From Deltaproteobacteria bacterium (GTDB lineage: Bacteria > Myxococcota_A > UBA9160 > SMWR01): a DNA stretch of 64,000 bases. Position 1 is the stretch's first letter, and the number at the start of each line of letters is the position of its first letter. Below the pieces are notes generated by a model, which saw only the letters and a program-made list of their open reading frames with translations, was not told where the DNA came from and searched no databases. This document shows positions 51,011 through 61,574 of the stretch, one piece after another. The position numbers and the translations under genes are program-made. Location: the NCBI GenBank assembly GCA_032128375.1, contig JAQBGU010000143.1, positions 1 through 64,000 of the forward strand. The letters are read 5' to 3'.

Positions 51011-52959
51011 TTTCGCCCCCCCTTGACGAGATCCAGAACGGTAAGGCCATTGCGGATGGCTTCGAGTCGCTTGACGGCATCCGGCGCGTCCAGATAGCGC
51101 GGACGCAGCGGAGGCGGCACGAGAACCTTCCGCCACTGCAGCTCCTCGATGATTGCCACGTGGGCCGCACCCAGCTTGCCCACCAACAGCGGCTCCAAAG
51201 CGCCACCCTCACGCATGTACGCAAGGAGGCCCACCAGTCCGCGGAGATACACCGCGTCCTTCGTCAAGCCGCCGCCGCGAAAGACGCGCATGGCGATCGT
51301 GAAGGCCGTGCGTTGTGCGAAATCGTAGGCGCGATCGAGCTCGCGAAAGACCTCGACGAAGTCGGCTCCGTCTACCATGCGCGCGACCGCGACAACGCGA
51401 GCGGCCAACAAGCGAAGTCGCGGCCGGCTGAACCCGCCGACCAGATACTCGGAAAGAACCGCAATGCCCTCCTGCAGCTCATCGTACCCCGGAAGACCCA
51501 CGTAGAGCTGACGGAACGGCTGCGCTTTGCCATTCACGTAGGTCACGATGTGCGTTCCTATCTCGTGGGCAACGAGTGCTTCCATGCGAGAAGGGGGGAC
51601 TTTGGTCTCGGCTCCTATCAGGAGATTTCCACGAGACACCATCAGCCCCGCGACGTCCGTTCGAATCATGACTTTGGAGCGAACCTCGGGATGAAGGTTG
51701 CGGTAGTACTCGATCTCTTCTGACGCTCGAGCCGCGAAGGCCACGGCATCGGCCGCGCCCCGCGTCGACTCGTCGCGGCTGCGGGATGGAACCCGGTTGA
51801 GAATCTCGTAGGCGAGGTTCAGCAGGGACGCGTCTATGCCCCCATACAGCTGAAGGCTTCCATAGAGAAATTGCGGAGTACCGCGGTCGCCTAGCATCGT
51901 GAGTTTGCGATCGAACTCTACCTGCTGGTCGCGAAAGAGCTGACCGAGGGTGGGGTCTTCGATCCGCTCGATCGGGATCTGGAACAGCCGCCTCTTCGCG
52001 AGAGCGGGGTCAAGCTTCATCGGGCGAGAGGAGAATTCAGGTGCAACCTCGAAACGTCTTTTTCGGAACTCAGACCACGCTTCGTTCGGATTGGTCGGCG
52101 TGACCTGCAGCAGAAAATCGAACTCATTGCTCACCGCCGCCAGCTTGCGGTCCACCTCCCATACCGCCTTGACCATGCTGTGTCGCCCCAGCGCGTAATA
52201 GTGCGCTGGACGATGAGACGTGCGACGGCGCGTGAAATCATAAACAGCGCGTTTGAGCGCGCGCGACAAACCCCTGTGAAGTGCGCGCCGCACGAGAGGC
52301 AAACTCTCGCCCGTCGCTCGATCCCGGTAGACCGGCTGAACCTCGATTCCGAGGACGTGCACACCGAGCTGCTCGGCCCGATCCGAAGCCATCAGTGGAG
52401 CCATTCCCGGTGGCCGTACCGCAACCGCCGAAATGACCTCGACGTTCGCGAACTCACCCTTGACCCTCACCTCGCTCAGCGCACCATCGAGCACTTCGAC
52501 CGTCGACGCGATGCCGCGTTTTTTGTTGGGTCGAAAAATTCGGAAACCGGGTAGCGCAGCCTCGTCCCGAGTGTCTTTCTGAGCGCCCGCCTCGTCCTCA
52601 GCGGACCACAGTTCGATGATCAGGAACGCACCGAAGCTCTCCGCGAGTGTGCTGGCGACGCCATCGATCAGACCGCTCAAGCCATTGTGGGTCTGTCGGT
52701 CTCCGGAAGCCAACAGGTAAGACGCCTCGCCAAGCACGATCCGGTCGGTGTCTGCATCGGCTCGATCGTTCGGGCGGCGATAAACCACGAGAAACGGAAG
52801 CGGTCTATCGATGTGGAGACGCCCCCAAGGGTCAATCTTGCGTCGCAGCGCCTTGCCTTCTATGAGTCGCTGACGAGCAGCCGCCACGAACGCACCCGAA
52901 ATCTGACCGATCTCTGCCTTGACCACTGTCGTCTCCGGCGTTGCTGCGACCACCGCCAT
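51007..52959 (-). CDS. QEGLA-motif (DUF1704) zinc carboxypeptidase-like protein
   Basis: HEIGTH, QEGIAVLSEY, RVFRGGGLTKDAVYLRG. Confidence 0.88.
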   Translation of the reverse strand: MAVVAATPETTVVKAEIGQISGAFVAAARQRLIEGKALRRKIDPWGRLHIDRPLPFLVVYRRPNDRADADTDRIVLGEASYLLASGDRQTHNGLSGLIDGVASTLAESFGAFLIIELWSAEDEAGAQKDTRDEAALPGFRIFRPNKKRGIASTVEVLDGALSEVRVKGEFANVEVISAVAVRPPGMAPLMASDRAEQLGVHVLGIEVQPVYRDRATGESLPLVRRALHRGLSRALKRAVYDFTRRRTSHRPAHYYALGRHSMVKAVWEVDRKLAAVSNEFDFLLQVTPTNPNEAWSEFRKRRFEVAPEFSSRPMKLDPALAKRRLFQIPIERIEDPTLGQLFRDQQVEFDRKLTMLGDRGTPQFLYGSLQLYGGIDASLLNLAYEILNRVPSRSRDESTRGAADAVAFAARASEEIEYYRNLHPEVRSKVMIRTDVAGLMVSRGNLLIGAETKVPPSRMEALVAHEIGTHIVTYVNGKAQPFRQLYVGLPGYDELQEGIAVLSEYLVGGFSRPRLRLLAARVVAVARMVDGADFVEVFRELDRAYDFAQRTAFTIAMRVFRGGGLTKDAVYLRGLVGLLAYMREGGALEPLLVGKLGAAHVAIIEELQWRKVLVPPPLRPRYLDAPDAVKRLEAIRNGLTVLDLVKGGRK

Positions 52960-52979
52960 CTGTGCTAGCGCGCTCGCCG

Positions 52980-53774
52980 CTAGCTGGGTCGTCCGACCTT
53001 TTCCAAAGATTCCAGCAGGCCCGGCAGCGTTGTCTCCAAGGCCCGCGATACGGCTTCGAATTCTTCGGAATCGAGCTTCCCAGTCCATTCGTCCATGAAG
53101 AACTTCTTGACCTCGACCGCGAGGCAGCACGCGGATTCTCGGAAGTTTTCGTGAATCCACCGGGAAAAATTTCCGCCCTTGAATTTCACGTTCTCTCGCA
53201 CGTCCAGGTGTCGTCCCAGAAACTCGAACGCGGTCAGGTCGCCGATGAATTGTTCGACGACCGGCGCCCATCGGATTCGATCGAGAGTTCCCGTCCCGAC
53301 GTTGATCTCGGGGTTCGTCGAAGCGTCGTCGTATGCTTCGTCCGGGCCCCGGCGACGATGATTGTAGGAGTGAAAGTCGAGTACGACGAAATGCCCGAAG
53401 CGTCGTTCCATCTCGGTGAAGACGCGGCGAGCTTCCGTGTAGAACGCATCGTATTCGAGACGCGATCGCTCGGTGATTTCCGCAGACGGCTCGTGCTTCC
53501 ACACCTCGAGACCCCAGGCGTCTTCTGGCGATCGATAAACCGCTTTGTCTCGGGGACGGTTCAAATCCACTTCGAAGCGCGATCGGTGCGCGACCAGCTG
53601 TGTCGTGACCACTGTCGTCCAGATGCCAGTGTAGGGATCTTCTTCGCGAAGACGGTCGGAGTCCCCCAGTGCCATGATCTCTGCGACCTCCTCTCGGAGG
53701 TCGTGGCCGTTGTGGATAGCCGCGGCCGCGAGCGGTTCTTGGCCCTCTACGATCGTCAGAAATTCGGGTTGCAT
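52980..53774 (-). CDS. N-formylglutamate amidohydrolase family protein
   Basis: AIHNGH, EEDPYT, SRFEVDLNR, LDFHSY, EINVGT, AVEVKK. Confidence 0.88.
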   Translation of the reverse strand: MQPEFLTIVEGQEPLAAAAIHNGHDLREEVAEIMALGDSDRLREEDPYTGIWTTVVTTQLVAHRSRFEVDLNRPRDKAVYRSPEDAWGLEVWKHEPSAEITERSRLEYDAFYTEARRVFTEMERRFGHFVVLDFHSYNHRRRGPDEAYDDASTNPEINVGTGTLDRIRWAPVVEQFIGDLTAFEFLGRHLDVRENVKFKGGNFSRWIHENFRESACCLAVEVKKFFMDEWTGKLDSEEFEAVSRALETTLPGLLESLEKVGRPS

Positions 53775-53851
53775 GCTTCCGCTCCTTCTGCGTTAGCGGC
53801 GTCGGGAGTCGGAACTGCTGAACGTCGCCCTGCTGTTTCGCCCACGTTCGG

Positions 53852-55258
53852 TCATGACGGCTCGGATCCTTCCGGATCGCCGTTGTCGGCGGCGTCCGCT
53901 AGCTCGAGCCGCAAGCGTTCGACCCGGCGACGTGAGGCGTCGGTGACGATCGCGACAAAACGGCCAACGCGGACCCGGTCGCCCTTTCGGGGCAAGCGGC
54001 CCAGTCGAGCTGTCACGTGTCCACCGATGGTGTCCTCCTCCTCGCGTTCGTCCTCGGGGAGGTCCCAGTCTAGCAGATCTTCGGCTTCGGGAAGGGACAC
54101 GCGACCTCGCAGCTCGTAGCTGCCGTCGTCGAACTTGCGGATGTCGGGATCTTCGTTGTCGAATTCGTCGCCCAACGGGCCGACGATCTCTTCGAGCGCG
54201 TCTTCCCGGAAAGCCAATCCGATGGCGGTCCCGTGTTCATCGACCACGACAGCGCAGTGCTCCTGTGTTGCCTGAAGCTCGCGCAGAAAATTTGCGAGCG
54301 GCATGGTATCTGGAACGAACATGGGCTCTCGCGCCAGCGAACGCAGGTTGGGGATTTCACCGCGGAGCGAAGCATCGAGTAAGTCTTTCGCGTGTACGAT
54401 GCCGACGATCGTGTCGAGTCCGACTTCACAAAGTGCGAAGCGCGAATGTCCGGTCGTCATGATCCGCTGGATGTTGTCCTCGATCGGGCGTTCCATCGTC
54501 AGGAAGCTGATTTCGAGCCGCGGGACGACGATGTGGCGCACCTCGAGTTCGATCATGCGAAAGACGTTCTCGGTGATTTCGTGTTGTTGTTCCGAGATAT
54601 GTCCCGACGCGGCTGAAAGAGACAGAATGCTGCGAATCTCCTCGGCACTGTGTCCGCCTTCGTTGCCCAGCTCGGCGGGTAGGCCGAGCGTCAGCAACAG
54701 GCCATTTGAAATTCGGTTGATCAGGCTGATGAAGGGTCTAAAAAACCACGTAAAGACTCGCAGCACCGGTCCTGTGGCGAGGGCCATCCTCTCCGCTCGG
54801 CGCAAGGCCCACATCTTCGGCGCCTGCTCGCCCACAGTCATGTGCAGCGTGGTAATCACGGCAAACGCGAGCACGATCGAGACGATCGGGACCCAGCCCG
54901 CACTCTGCGCAACGTGGAACCCCGCGGCGCTGGCCCCGGCGATCAGTAGGACAGACACAGCGGGTTCGCCGAGCGCGCCCAGGATCAGGCTCGCGAGCGT
55001 AATCCCCAGCTGGCAGGCCGACAGATACTGGTCCAGATGCCGGAGCATGTGTTGGACCGTGGGCGCCGCTCGGCTTCCGCCCCGTGCGAGTTCGGCGATC
55101 CGGGACTCACGAACCTTGACGAGCGCGAATTCGGCAGCCACAAAGAATCCGTTGAGCAGCACGAAGAAGAGCGTCGCGCCCAGCCGCCAGGCAACGCCAA
55201 ACAGATCGAGAGGCGCGTGGGGGTCGCTCACCTCGTGAACATCTGCCCATCCGAACAT
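53852..55258 (-). CDS. Hemolysin/CNNM family protein (DUF21-CBS-CorC)
   Basis: NGFFVAAEFALV, QLGITL, GEQAPK, HSRF, VVDEHG, EEIVG; start may be GTG near 55231. Confidence 0.92.
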   Translation of the reverse strand: MFGWADVHEVSDPHAPLDLFGVAWRLGATLFFVLLNGFFVAAEFALVKVRESRIAELARGGSRAAPTVQHMLRHLDQYLSACQLGITLASLILGALGEPAVSVLLIAGASAAGFHVAQSAGWVPIVSIVLAFAVITTLHMTVGEQAPKMWALRRAERMALATGPVLRVFTWFFRPFISLINRISNGLLLTLGLPAELGNEGGHSAEEIRSILSLSAASGHISEQQHEITENVFRMIELEVRHIVVPRLEISFLTMERPIEDNIQRIMTTGHSRFALCEVGLDTIVGIVHAKDLLDASLRGEIPNLRSLAREPMFVPDTMPLANFLRELQATQEHCAVVVDEHGTAIGLAFREDALEEIVGPLGDEFDNEDPDIRKFDDGSYELRGRVSLPEAEDLLDWDLPEDEREEEDTIGGHVTARLGRLPRKGDRVRVGRFVAIVTDASRRRVERLRLELADAADNGDPEGSEPS

Positions 55259-55792
55259 ACGGACCCGCGCCGAGCGCGGTTGGTCTGTGGGCCGACCGTC
55301 AGCTCGCCCGGACCCCGTCCGTCCACTGCACTGGTTTGGGGAGAACTGCTCGAATTTCGACTCGTATCCATAGCCTTAACCCATATCCAAGGGCAGAGAA
55401 TCGCTTGCCAGAGGTTCCAAGGCAATGCGTACGAACAGAATAGCCCGTAGAGATATTCCGTGAACCCGGCGTTGAGTATCAGCAGACAACCGTCCCAGAA
55501 CCGTGGTGCCAACCATGCTGCGCGGTGCAAAGTCGACGATCAGAAAAGTGAAGTAGCCGATTCGTGCAGTCAACCGTTCGCAATGCGCGACTGTAACCGG
55601 AATGGATTTCCAAGCCGACACGGTCGGTCATCCAGGTTTGCCAGCAATCTTTCCCGGGAAGCCGGAACGCCGCCTCATGCATCGCCTCAGGTCAGGCGTC
55701 TCTTCGGTTGGCAGCGGCGTATTCGATGCGGGATGCCAGTGGCCCCGACGCTTTGGCCTCGGTATTGTCCGCGCTCGGCGAGGAGGGGTGCG

Positions 55793-56998
55793 GTGACGAA
55801 GTTGGCCCTACTGGCCGGACTGCTCGGAGTTCTGCTCGCAATGGGGGCAATCGAGAGCCTCTGGCATCGCCGCAACCTCGCGCGCATTCCAACCAGGATC
55901 CACGTCAACGGCACGCGCGGAAAGAGCAGTGTGACTCGACTGATCGCAGCGGGCCTTCGCGCGGGTGGTATCGTCGCGTGCGCGAAGACGACCGGAACCG
56001 CGGCAGCCATGATCCTGCCCGATGGCTCCGAGTACGGGATCTATCGCTCGTCGCGTGCGAACATTCTGGAGCAGGTCCGCATTGTCGATACCGCGGCCGA
56101 GGTAGGCGCCGAGGTCCTCGTCGTCGAGTGCATGGCGCTCCAGCCGATATTGCAGAGCCTGACCGAGCTTCGGCTGATCCGATCGACCCACGGTGTCATC
56201 ACGAACGTTCGCGCCGACCACCTCGATGTGATGGGTCCCGGTGAAGAGGACGTCGCTCTCGCGCTCGCCGGTTCGATTCCGGTGAAAGGGAAGTTGTTCA
56301 CTTCAGCCGAGCGTCACCTCGACATCCTGAATCGAGCTGCGTCCGACCGCGGGTCCGAAACCGTCGTCATCGGGGCTTCCGACATCGACGCGATCGGCGA
56401 GCGCGAATTGTCGGGCTTCTCGTACCTCGAGCACGCATCGAATGTCGCGCTGGCATTGCGCGTCTGCGCCGAATTCGGCGTCGAGCGGGAAGCCGCGCTT
56501 CGCGGGATGTGGGAGGCGAAACCGGATCCCGGAGTGCTGACGATCCACGAACTCGACTTCTTCGGTCGGCATATCTTCTTCGCCAACGGCCTCGCTGCAA
56601 ACGACCCCGAGTCGACCGGCGAGATCTGGCGACGTACGCTCGAATGGCTCCCGCAGGTCGGTCGACGCATCGCGCTGTTCAACTGCCGCGTCGATCGTCC
56701 CGACCGGTCGCGCCAGCTGGGCGAGGCCTGCGTCGAGTGGCCGGACGCAGACCTCTACGTGGCGATGGGAACCGGTACCTACATCTTCGCCCGCGCCGCC
56801 ACGCGCCGCGGCCTCGACGTCAAGAAACTCGTGATTGTCGAGAACCGGCCGGCTGCCTCAGTATTCGAGACGTTGGTCGAGCGTTCGGGCGATTCGGCGT
56901 TGATCATGGGAATGGGAAACGTACACGGTGGTGGCGAGGAACTGGCCCAGCTCTTTCGCAATCGCGGGACGCTGAGGGACTTGCGCCCATGGACGTGA
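55793..56998 (+). CDS. pgsB: Poly-gamma-glutamate synthase PgsB/CapB
   Basis: HVNGTRGKSSVTRL, AKTTG, ECMAL, NVRADHLDVMG, AANDPES, GNVHG; GAGGAG RBS. Confidence 0.95.
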   Translation: MTKLALLAGLLGVLLAMGAIESLWHRRNLARIPTRIHVNGTRGKSSVTRLIAAGLRAGGIVACAKTTGTAAAMILPDGSEYGIYRSSRANILEQVRIVDTAAEVGAEVLVVECMALQPILQSLTELRLIRSTHGVITNVRADHLDVMGPGEEDVALALAGSIPVKGKLFTSAERHLDILNRAASDRGSETVVIGASDIDAIGERELSGFSYLEHASNVALALRVCAEFGVEREAALRGMWEAKPDPGVLTIHELDFFGRHIFFANGLAANDPESTGEIWRRTLEWLPQVGRRIALFNCRVDRPDRSRQLGEACVEWPDADLYVAMGTGTYIFARAATRRGLDVKKLVIVENRPAASVFETLVERSGDSALIMGMGNVHGGGEELAQLFRNRGTLRDLRPWT

Positions 56999-57570
56999 AC
57001 CTGCTGGCGCTCTCGATTGGGGTCGGCCTGGTGGTCAGCCTCTTGTTTTCCGAGTTCTTTGGCCTCGCCGCCGGAGGCCTCGTCGTGCCGGGTTACCTGG
57101 CGCTCTACCTGACGAAGCCCGTCGAAGTGGTGGCCACGCTCGTGGCGGCGCTGCTCACCTTCTTTTTGGTCCGCATCGTTTCGACGTTCGTGATCGTGTA
57201 CGGGCGTAGGCGAACCGCTCTGATGATTCTGGTCGGCTATGGCGCCGGACTGATCATGAATCTGAGTCTCGAAGCCGTCATCGAGGCGACGGACCCGGTC
57301 CTGCTCGCTGTCGCGAACGCGGACGTGAACATCAACACGGTTCTCGACGCCAGCCGCGTGTCGCTGGAAGCGGGCGTGATTGGATACATCGTCCCCGGCC
57401 TGATCGCGATCTGGCTCGATCGCCAAGGCGTAGTACCTACTCTCGCCGCGCTGCTGACGAGTGCAGTCCTCGTGCGCCTGGTCCTGATCCTGGCGGTTCC
57501 CGACGAGCTGCAGTGGTTCGAGGCCGGCCCCGAGCCGCTGACATCACACGGAGAAGTGACGGGTTTATGA
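56989..57570 (+). CDS. pgsC: Poly-gamma-glutamate biosynthesis protein PgsC/CapC
   Basis: GGLVVPGYLAL, YGRRR, IGYIVPGLIA, RQG. Confidence 0.95.
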   Translation: MDVNLLALSIGVGLVVSLLFSEFFGLAAGGLVVPGYLALYLTKPVEVVATLVAALLTFFLVRIVSTFVIVYGRRRTALMILVGYGAGLIMNLSLEAVIEATDPVLLAVANADVNINTVLDASRVSLEAGVIGYIVPGLIAIWLDRQGVVPTLAALLTSAVLVRLVLILAVPDELQWFEAGPEPLTSHGEVTGL

Positions 57571-58709
57571 GGCGAGTCTATTGGCGTCCCAAGGGCGCTT
57601 CGACCAACGCGCTGCTCGTGATCGCTGCCATATCGCTCGTTGCGATCGGTGTCACTGAAGGATTCCCGGAATCGACGAGCGAACTCTACCTGCAGCAGAT
57701 GCTGGAAGCTTCGCGGCTGGCCAGTGATGCAGTCACAGAGATCCGGCGCGAACGCGCGCGTCTGAAGATTTCGGTAGACCCGATCGCCGACCCGACCGAT
57801 TCCGGTCTGATCGGCGTTCCGATCAGCGAAATTACGACCAGCACCGGCAACCTGATTGCGAAACAGACGACGATCAACCCGAATTGGGCGGCGGTCGCCA
57901 CGCAGCTCCTTCGCGAAGCGGGCGTTCGCGAGGGAGATACCGTCGCCGTGGCTGTCTCCGGTTCCTTCCCGGGTTTGAACGTCGCCGTCTACGCGGCGCT
58001 CGCCACGCTGCGTGCGAAGGCATTGATCATCTCGAGCGCGTCGGCGTCGCAATGGGGAGCCAACCATCCCCGTTTCCTGTGGCTGGACATGGAGAAAGTA
58101 TTTTTCGACCGGAAGATCTTCCCTTATCGCTCATTGGCGGTGTCGATGGGCGGAGCCGAAGACCGAGCGGCGGGGCTCTCTGACGAAGGCCGCGCTCAAC
58201 TGGTCCGCGGCATGAAGCGCAGCAAGCTCCCGGTCATCGAGCCCGAGAACTACGCCGAGAGCGTCATCGAGCGGGTGGCGCTCTACCGTGAGCACGCCGA
58301 AGGCATTCCGATCGCCGTCTATGTCAACGTAGGCGGCGGTACCTCGTCGGTCGGCACACGCCGATCGAAGTTCGCTTTCAAGCCCGGCATCAACAGCGCC
58401 ACGCCTCCCAAGGCGGCTCTGATCGACTCAGTGATGGCGCGCTTTCTCGACGAACGCATCCCGGTGATCCACTTCCTCCAGATCAATCGCATGGCCTATC
58501 GATACGGCCTGCCGATCGGCCCGGCGGTGCGCCCGCCGGTCGGCACCGGCAAGGTCTTCCTACAACAGCGCTACAACCCGTGGCTCGCATTCGCTGCTCT
58601 CGCGTCGGTGATCGGAAGCCTTGTGCTGTTCATCCGTTCGGGCCGTGGTCGGCTTGCACTGCAGTCGTCGGGTCGTCATCGAGAAGACCCTATGGAGCCG
58701 TCTCTCTGA
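57567..58709 (+). CDS. pgsW: Poly-gamma-glutamate system protein PgsW
   Basis: GLIG...ITTSTG.L.AKQT..NPNWAA, SGSFPGLN, ASQWGAN, YVNVGGG; follows pgsBC. Confidence 0.88.
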   Translation: MRRVYWRPKGASTNALLVIAAISLVAIGVTEGFPESTSELYLQQMLEASRLASDAVTEIRRERARLKISVDPIADPTDSGLIGVPISEITTSTGNLIAKQTTINPNWAAVATQLLREAGVREGDTVAVAVSGSFPGLNVAVYAALATLRAKALIISSASASQWGANHPRFLWLDMEKVFFDRKIFPYRSLAVSMGGAEDRAAGLSDEGRAQLVRGMKRSKLPVIEPENYAESVIERVALYREHAEGIPIAVYVNVGGGTSSVGTRRSKFAFKPGINSATPPKAALIDSVMARFLDERIPVIHFLQINRMAYRYGLPIGPAVRPPVGTGKVFLQQRYNPWLAFAALASVIGSLVLFIRSGRGRLALQSSGRHREDPMEPSL

Positions 58710-58853
58710 AGGAGAGCGCGCCGGATGCGCGGATCAGCGCTCTTTGTCGGCTCATCACACGCGCCCCCGGTTTGATGCAGAGCATCACTCGGGAGCCAGG
58801 CGAATGCGATGAACGCCTTCGCAGAGCGCTGGCAGCACGTCAATGCGATGACG

Positions 58854-59831
58854 TCAGCCGACCCCTTTGGGCGCGTCCAGCAGCTTGTCGAACACGCGGA
58901 CGGCGAGGGGGTTCACAAAGAGCTGCCGCAGCTTCCACACCGGTGAGTGCCACTGTTCGGGCGGGAGCTGACCGTCGAGCAGTTCGGTGATGGCCTGTCC
59001 CGCCTTTTCTCCGAGCACGTCGAGGAACTGCTCGCCGAGTTCGGCGGATGCGAGAGCTGGGCTTCCCGAGTACGTCTCGTCGATGAAAAATTTCAGCGAG
59101 TTCCTGAACTGCGCAAGCATCGACGGCAAGGCGGCGAGCGACGCACCGCTGCTTTTCTTGTGCTCGATCCCGCGCTCTTCGGCCCAGATTTTCGTCGAAC
59201 GTTTGGGCAGCGACTTGTAGTCGGGGTCGATCCAGTTGGGGTGTAGCGCGAGAAGTTGGCTCGTCTCGACGAGCCCAGCGTGCGTGTCACTCTCGAAGTC
59301 CTCTTTCTCGACGCCGTCGATGTGCCCCAATACATCGCCGAGCTCCGAGCCTTCGACACCGAGTCGCGTCAGCATGGCGGAGAAGATACACAGCATGCGA
59401 ATTCCGGTCGCCTTTGCCGCGCGATCGCAGCCCGTTTCGATCGCCAGAAAGTGCCGCGGGCTACCGTGGAAGTTCGATACGAACACATTGCGGAAACCCT
59501 GGGCAGCGAGTGAGCGACCGAGATCTTCGATCACTGCGACGATCGTCGAGGTGCGAAACGCGATCGACCCCGGCTGGGGTACCGGGTCGCACGCCACATA
59601 GATGAAGGGGAGTTTCAGGAAGGTGCGGTCCTGGTGGCGCTCGGGAAGAAACTTCAGGGTGCGCTCTGCGAGGCCCTCTCCCTCGAGTGCGTCCGCGCCA
59701 AGCGGCAGGTGCGGCCCATGCACCTCGAGCGGCGAACAAGTCACGAACACGACCGCGTTCTCGCGATCGATCCGGTCGAACTGCGTTTTCGTCAACGACT
59801 CCCAGCGCAAGAGTTCGGTTTCTCGAGCCAC
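58854..59831 (-). CDS. Creatininase family amidohydrolase
   Basis: EVHGPHLPLGAD, NFHG, HAGLVETS; GGAGG RBS. Confidence 0.88.
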   Translation of the reverse strand: MARETELLRWESLTKTQFDRIDRENAVVFVTCSPLEVHGPHLPLGADALEGEGLAERTLKFLPERHQDRTFLKLPFIYVACDPVPQPGSIAFRTSTIVAVIEDLGRSLAAQGFRNVFVSNFHGSPRHFLAIETGCDRAAKATGIRMLCIFSAMLTRLGVEGSELGDVLGHIDGVEKEDFESDTHAGLVETSQLLALHPNWIDPDYKSLPKRSTKIWAEERGIEHKKSSGASLAALPSMLAQFRNSLKFFIDETYSGSPALASAELGEQFLDVLGEKAGQAITELLDGQLPPEQWHSPVWKLRQLFVNPLAVRVFDKLLDAPKGVG

Positions 59832-60035
59832 GACACCTCCAGCCAATGTTGGGTTTTTCAGGGTACCGCAGTTGTACCTGCGCGCGCGGAGCAGACCATC
59901 GGCCTCGGAGGCGCGCGGCTCTTCTGCGCCGGTTGTCCGCACGCGACAATTCGCGGATCGGCCCCGCGCGTTCGGCAGCCAGGCGTTCAGTCCACGCGAT
60001 CTCGGTAGCCGTATCGTCGAGGAGATCGCGTTCGG

Positions 60036-61466
60036 TCAGCCGTCGCGTCGGAAGGTCGGACCGTCGCTCAGGTCGAGCCAGGGGCCGTCCCTTTCGAGCG
60101 CCGCCGCTATCTCGAAGACTGTGAGATCGTCGTAGGGGCGACCGACGATCTGGACGCCGGTAGGGACTCCGTTGTCGGCCCGGCCCGATGGAACGCTCAT
60201 CACCGGGCAACGACTGGCTACGTTGAACAGCATTGCAGCGGTGTGACAAACCAGGTTGTCGACTTGCACGCCATCGATGACGAGAGGCGAGTCGAGGTAC
60301 GAGTGACCGGCTGCGAAGCCCCGCGTACAGACCATCGGGCACACGATCGCATCGAAGCGCTGATGTAGGCCCGACACGATTGCGTGCAGCTCGGTTTCCA
60401 ACCCGAAGCCCTCTGCCGGGGTGCCGCCATTGGAGTGGCCGAGCTTTGCCGAGGCTGCGATGTAGTCGGTGAGTCGATCTGGGACTTCTTTGTCGGCCAC
60501 ATTGATACCGGCGAACATCAGCAGCTCGAAGTGGATGGAGACGGCGCGCGTCAGTTTTTCGGTGTCGAACTCGATCTCGATCTCCTCCACGACTGCGCCG
60601 GCTGCCTTCAGCGCATCCGCGGTGCGATGCGTGTTGTGCCGGATCTCGGGATCGATGGCGAAATCGCCGAAACCCGTGCTCACACCGATCCGACGGCCTT
60701 CGATCGGCTCGAACGCGTACGGGAGCGTGAGATAGTTGGGCAGCGACACGTGATCGGCCGGATGCTGCCCCGCCACCGAATTGAGATAACGCGCGCAGTC
60801 GGTCACGGTACGGGCCAGCGGCCCGACGTGGCAGTAGGTATCGAGGTTCCACGGGGTTCCCTGCGGAATCCGGCCGTAGGGGGGTTTGAAACCCACGACA
60901 CCGTTCAGACTGGCGGGAATGCGGATCGAACCGCCGATGTCGGAGCCACTGGCCAACGTCGCGAAACCCGCCGCCAGAGCCGCCCCGCTTCCACTCGACG
61001 AGCCCCCGACACCGAAATTCAAGTTCCACGGGTTGCGCGTGATTCCCCAGAGCTTCGTGTGGCTCATCCACGACGCACAGAACTCCGTCGTGGTCGTACG
61101 CGCGTGAAGGATGGCACCCGAAGCGCGCATTCGTGCTACGAACACCGAGTCGTGGTCTGCAATTCGGTCGGCGTAGAGCAGTGACCCCTCGGTGCACGGC
61201 TTGCCGGCCATGGGCTCTTCGTCCTTGACGGCCATCGGGATGCCCTCGAGCGGCCGCGGTGCTTCACCCTTGCCCAGGTATCGCGCCTCGCTCGCTTTCG
61301 CGGCCGCCATCGCCTCGTCGTCGAAACGGTGCGTGATGGCGTTGACGTCTCCGTTGACTTCGTCCATGCGCGCATAAGTCGCGGTGAGCAGTTCGACGGG
61401 CGACAGCTTCCTGGCGCGGAACGCCTCGATGGCATCGCCAGCGGATAACTTGTGGAGATCGGTCAT
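60036..61466 (-). CDS. Amidase (amidase signature family)
   Basis: GIPMAVKD, GGSSSGS, GSDIGGSIRIPAS, GVQIVG. Confidence 0.95.
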   Translation of the reverse strand: MTDLHKLSAGDAIEAFRARKLSPVELLTATYARMDEVNGDVNAITHRFDDEAMAAAKASEARYLGKGEAPRPLEGIPMAVKDEEPMAGKPCTEGSLLYADRIADHDSVFVARMRASGAILHARTTTTEFCASWMSHTKLWGITRNPWNLNFGVGGSSSGSGAALAAGFATLASGSDIGGSIRIPASLNGVVGFKPPYGRIPQGTPWNLDTYCHVGPLARTVTDCARYLNSVAGQHPADHVSLPNYLTLPYAFEPIEGRRIGVSTGFGDFAIDPEIRHNTHRTADALKAAGAVVEEIEIEFDTEKLTRAVSIHFELLMFAGINVADKEVPDRLTDYIAASAKLGHSNGGTPAEGFGLETELHAIVSGLHQRFDAIVCPMVCTRGFAAGHSYLDSPLVIDGVQVDNLVCHTAAMLFNVASRCPVMSVPSGRADNGVPTGVQIVGRPYDDLTVFEIAAALERDGPWLDLSDGPTFRRDG

Positions 61467-61574
61467 ACCTTGCATCCTTTCGGGAGGTTGTGGAGTTTCG
61501 GAAGGTTGTGGAGGCGCTGGTTTTGCTGTGTCTGTCGGCTGCCAGTATGCCTGTGGTTCGCTGCGAGCGCAGTA

